64,000 bases of DNA from the human T2T-CHM13v2.0 reference genome, Homo sapiens: NCBI RefSeq assembly GCF_009914755.1, contig NC_060926.1. One strand, given 5' to 3'. Positions 60,247 to 64,000 of this stretch are shown one piece after another. The stretch's first letter is position 1; every line of letters starts with the position of its first letter. A model generated the notes under the pieces. The model saw only the letters and a list, made by a program, of their open reading frames with translations. It was not told the origin of the DNA and ran no database searches. Position numbers and translations under genes: made by a program.

Positions 60247-60699
60247 GAAAGAAAATTATTTATTTCATTTAATTTTTAGTTTGTAAGTAGACTTTTAATA
60301 TAAATTCTCTTATAATTAAAAATCACAATTTTATATCTTCTTACTGTTTGTGTCTTTCATCTTTTTTGCTAAATTCAAATTTTCCAAAAGCATGTCTAAT
60401 TCATTATTTTTAACTGGTCAAGTTTTTGTGAGTGTGTGTGTGAGTTTGTTATTAATTCCGTCCTTCCGCTTTCTTTGTAATTTTTTTTGGTCTTATTTTA
60501 CTAGCTTCTTGAGTTCATTTATCTTCAGATTTTCTTGACTAAACATTTTCTTTAAATAACGTTTGGCCTGAATCCCCAGGTTTTTATATATGTCTGTCAT
60601 TGCTATTAATTTGGAAATTAACCCATAATAGTTTGTTCTAGATTAGATTAGCTCTTTAAATGAGGAGTTACTAAGAAGAGTATTTTAAAAAATTTCTAG

Positions 60700-60818
60700 A
60701 GTAGGCATGGTGGCTCATGCCTGTAATCCCAATACTCTGGGAGGCCTAGGTGGGAGGATTGTTTGAGGCCAGGAATTCAAGGACAGCCTGGAAACATAGC
60801 GAGACCTTGTCTCAAATA
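60700..60818 (+). mobile_element. Alu monomer (FLAM-like)
   Basis: ggcatggtggctcatgcctgtaatccc...gagaccttgtctcaaa. Confidence 0.85.
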
Positions 60819-61190
60819 AATTTTTTTCTAAGATATATTTCTAGTAACAAATATATTTATATTTTGAAGATACATGCTTTATTAATAAATATATTTCTGT
60901 TTCTAAGATCGTTTTGCCCTCCCTTTCTAATTAAATTGCATTCTATTCAGTGAATGTGTCCTGTATGATTTCAGCTTCTTGGGTTTATTAGGCTCTTCAT
61001 TATGGCCTAATAAATACAAAGAAAAATATTTGGAATTTGCATACTCAACAGTTAACAACGATTAACTCTTGGGAGGGGAATGAAATTGAAAGGCAGAGAC
61101 AATGAGGAGAAGCTTTTTGTTTGTTTTTATTTTGTTTGCTTTTGATTGTTGGGAAGTTTTTATACTATAAGAATTCGCTCAAGTATAATG

Positions 61191-62648
61191 GTTTTCTTTT
61201 TCTTTTTTTTTTTGCACATAGATGACCAGCCTACCAGGTCTTTTATGCAGTTCGACATACAAGGTGACAGCAAGGTAAGACTAACGAAGTGCCAGTTTTG
61301 GTGCCTCCATCTCCCTCCCCTGGATCCTGATCCAGTGACTGCCAAAACCAGAAGGAACTGGGGTAGGGTGCTTGATCATGGGGAAGGCTGCTGTGGTTCG
61401 CCCAGTAGATGGGAAAAGGAAAAGGTTGCACTTCTTCACAATTTGAATGACATCCTTGTCCTCCAACGTATGGTCTTTACCCACTTTTTGAGGATTGTGT
61501 TTCACAGAGAGACCCCAGACCAGAGCATATTTAAATTCTTTGATAAGATTTTTGTGAATCTTCATGCAGAAATCTCCACTGTGGTCCTGGAGTAAGGAAG
61601 TACCACTGAGGATGTGTAACCTGGTAATTGCCTTTGGGTTTGGTGCAAATTCTCACTAGTTTCAGATAGTCCCAGATCTTTTCCAATAGGTCATCAAAAT
61701 TCCAGTGGTGATGGGCAGAGATGGGTACACCGTGAGGCACCTTATAGTGCTATCCAATTCCTCAATGGAGATTTGGTCAATCTTATTTAACATAAGATAA
61801 CATTTGGTCAATCTTATTTAACATAACATTTGGTCAATCTTATTTAACATAGATACAGGGGATATAAACTCTGTTTCCTTCCACCACATCAATGAGGTCA
61901 TCAGCTGTAGCATCACTACGTAGAGTCACATCGGCATTATGAATCTTGTATTCAGCCAGAATGCTCTTCACAGTTTCAGCATCCAGCTCACTCTGTGGGC
62001 AAGTGGCTGTGAGATGAATGCCTCCCTTGTCCTTCTTCTTAAAGCCATTGTTGGGGGGCGGTGGTTGCTGTTCAAGTGAATGCCAAAGACTTCCAGCTCA
62101 TTTTCAATTATCTTCTTATGTCCCAAAGGTTTCAGGACATCCAGAACAATCAGGATCAAGTTACAGGTTCGGGCCACTGCAATGATCGACGACCTCTACC
62201 TTTCCCATCCCTGGCACCTTCAATAATACCTGGGAGATCCAGGAGCTGGATTTTGGCACCTTTGTATCTGATGACACCAGGCACAGTGCTCAGAGTAGTG
62301 AATTCATAGGCTGCCACCTCAGAATATACCCCTGCCAGGTTACTAAGCAGTGTCGACTTCCCCACAAATGGAAAACCAACAAATCCAATTCAAGCATCAC
62401 CTGTCTCGGCCACATCAAAACCTTCTTCTGCACCTCCACCACCACCACCACCCTTTGGAGTAGTGAGTTCTCGACGAAGCTTAGCAAGACGAGCCTTAAG
62501 CAGCCCCAGGTGGTGTGCTGTGGCCTTGTTGAGTCCAAGCCATCTCCTCTTCTGTCTCCGCGATCTTAGCTAGGGTGCTGCTCATCGTGGCGAGTACCCT
62601 GTGGCCTCCACACTGACTGTCTCCCTTCACACACCCGTGGGCAAACTA
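61191..62648 (-). pseudogene. DRG1P1: Processed pseudogene of DRG1 (developmentally regulated GTP-binding protein 1), probably DRG1P1
   Basis: Intronless; ATG at 62585 ([10 protein letters not shown]...); fragments [63 protein letters not shown] in different frames; poly(A) at 61192-61213; TSD gctcaagtataatg at 61177-61190 and 62649-62662. The exact symbol is less certain than the parent gene. Confidence 0.93.
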
Positions 62649-62786
62649 GCTCAAGTATAATGCTTTTCAAAAGTAACTCAATGAACTTGGGAGTGTAGGC
62701 CTCGGTACAGTGGCCCACAGACCCCTGAGAGCACCATTGTGTGACAGCTCTTCACCGAGAGACACCGCCTTTAAAAACGCGTTTAG

Positions 62787-63147
<361 letters not shown>

Positions 63148-63380
63148 CTAAGCACCTAACTTCAGGCTTTGGGGTAAAGAGAGAGAAACACACAGTCTGG
63201 CCTTCCAACAACTCACAGTGTGGGTGGAGAAACGTAAGAAAACAAGCCATTGCAATAATTTGCCATCACCGCCATCATGACCTTGTGCCTGGAGGAGCTG
63301 TCCCTGGAATCTGTCTAGGGAAGCTCCAGGGCTGGCTCCAGGAGACGAGGAGGAACTGGCTGGCCAGAGACAGGGGCAGT

Positions 63381-63512
63381 AGGGTTGTCAGATTTAGCAA
63401 ATAAAAACAGAATGCCCAGTTAAATTTGAATTTCAGATGAACATTTTTTTTTAGTATAAAATGTATAATTATGTCCTATGCAATGTTTGGGATTTATTTA
63501 TACGAAAAAATT
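63381..63512. mobile_element. MER53-like MITE, partial
   Basis: agggttgtcagatttagcaaataaaaa...cccagttaaatttgaatttcagat. Confidence 0.75.
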
Positions 63513-63519
63513 TAGTCGC

Positions 63520-64000
63520 CCCACCTGTGGCTTTAGGGCCGACTTGTTCAGGAAGGGAAGAGGAAGAGCACAAGAAGGTTTGGTGCAAGAAGATGGGTTC
63601 GGTTCCGGACATGTTTGGCGAAACGGGGCCAGTGGCCACGTGACTGGAGATGTGCGATTCCAGGCTGCAGGATGTCAGGGCTCGGGCTTTAGGGGCGAGG
63701 CCTGGGGTCCGCGGTGGTAGGATGTTATGGGAAGTGCCCTGTGATGAGGCTGCAGGCGGTCGTACATGGCAGTTGAGTGGGATGGGTAGAGTTCTTTCCT
63801 TGTTCGAGAAGGCAGGGTGTGTCTGAGCAATCCTGTTTAGAAAGATCAACTCCAAGTAATTTAGACGAAGAAACTTCTGGAGCTGGACGGATCCCCCAGG
63901 GTGCGCCGCGCCTGGACTGGGAAGGGCCCCCGGACCCGCGGCGCAGGGGAGGGCCGGGCCGCCAGGGGGCGCTCTCGGCGGACGGGGCGGGGGTCCCCCT
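63520..64000. promoter_or_regulatory. Start of a second CpG-rich island containing a consensus CTCF motif (63957-63974)
   Basis: CpG density rises toward the window end; GGCCGCCAGGGGGCGCTC and a GGGGCGGGG GC-box. Confidence 0.65.

Noticed and set aside
61771-61851. Repeat-spacer pattern resembling a CRISPR array
   Set aside because: The spacers are only 2-7 nt, the unit derives from DRG1 coding sequence, and the context is eukaryotic with no cas genes.
61281-62365. DRG1-like ORFs as a functional GTPase gene
   Set aside because: Split across frames by multiple frameshifts, including one within the first ~20 codons, with an internal triplication, lost stop codon, poly(A) tail and TSD: a processed pseudogene.

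Overview
This is eukaryotic (human-type) genomic DNA containing the complete syndecan-1 (SDC1/CD138) gene on the minus strand. The five coding exons (46411-46346, 26972-26891, 25839-25361, 24770-24635, 24483-24314) total 933 nt, or 310 aa plus stop, and all four coding introns are GT-AG. The gene has a CpG-island/TATA promoter near 46.6 kb and a ~2 kb 3'UTR with two AATAAA signals. A full-length processed DRG1 pseudogene with poly(A) tail and 14-bp TSD lies at 61191-62648 (minus). A second CpG-rich region with a consensus CTCF motif begins at the right edge. The rest is intergenic or intronic DNA with about 20 Alus, MIRs, old L1 fragments, MaLR LTRs, DNA-transposon fossils and simple repeats. 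Apart from the SDC1 exons and DRG1 remnants, the ORF track appears to be noise. I found no convincing new protein-coding system. The most unusual structures are: (1) a young (~97% identical) ~530-bp inverted duplication bracketing the whole SDC1 gene 41 kb apart, with one junction inside a chimeric Alu; (2) a candidate GC-AG 5'UTR intron whose acceptor overlaps the TATA box; (3) a spacer-less inverted Alu fold-back just upstream of the promoter; (4) an exact 33-bp direct repeat 1.38 kb apart; (5) a UG-rich intronic tract next to a candidate poison micro-exon. Repeat subfamily names are from recognition by eye and their boundaries are approximate.
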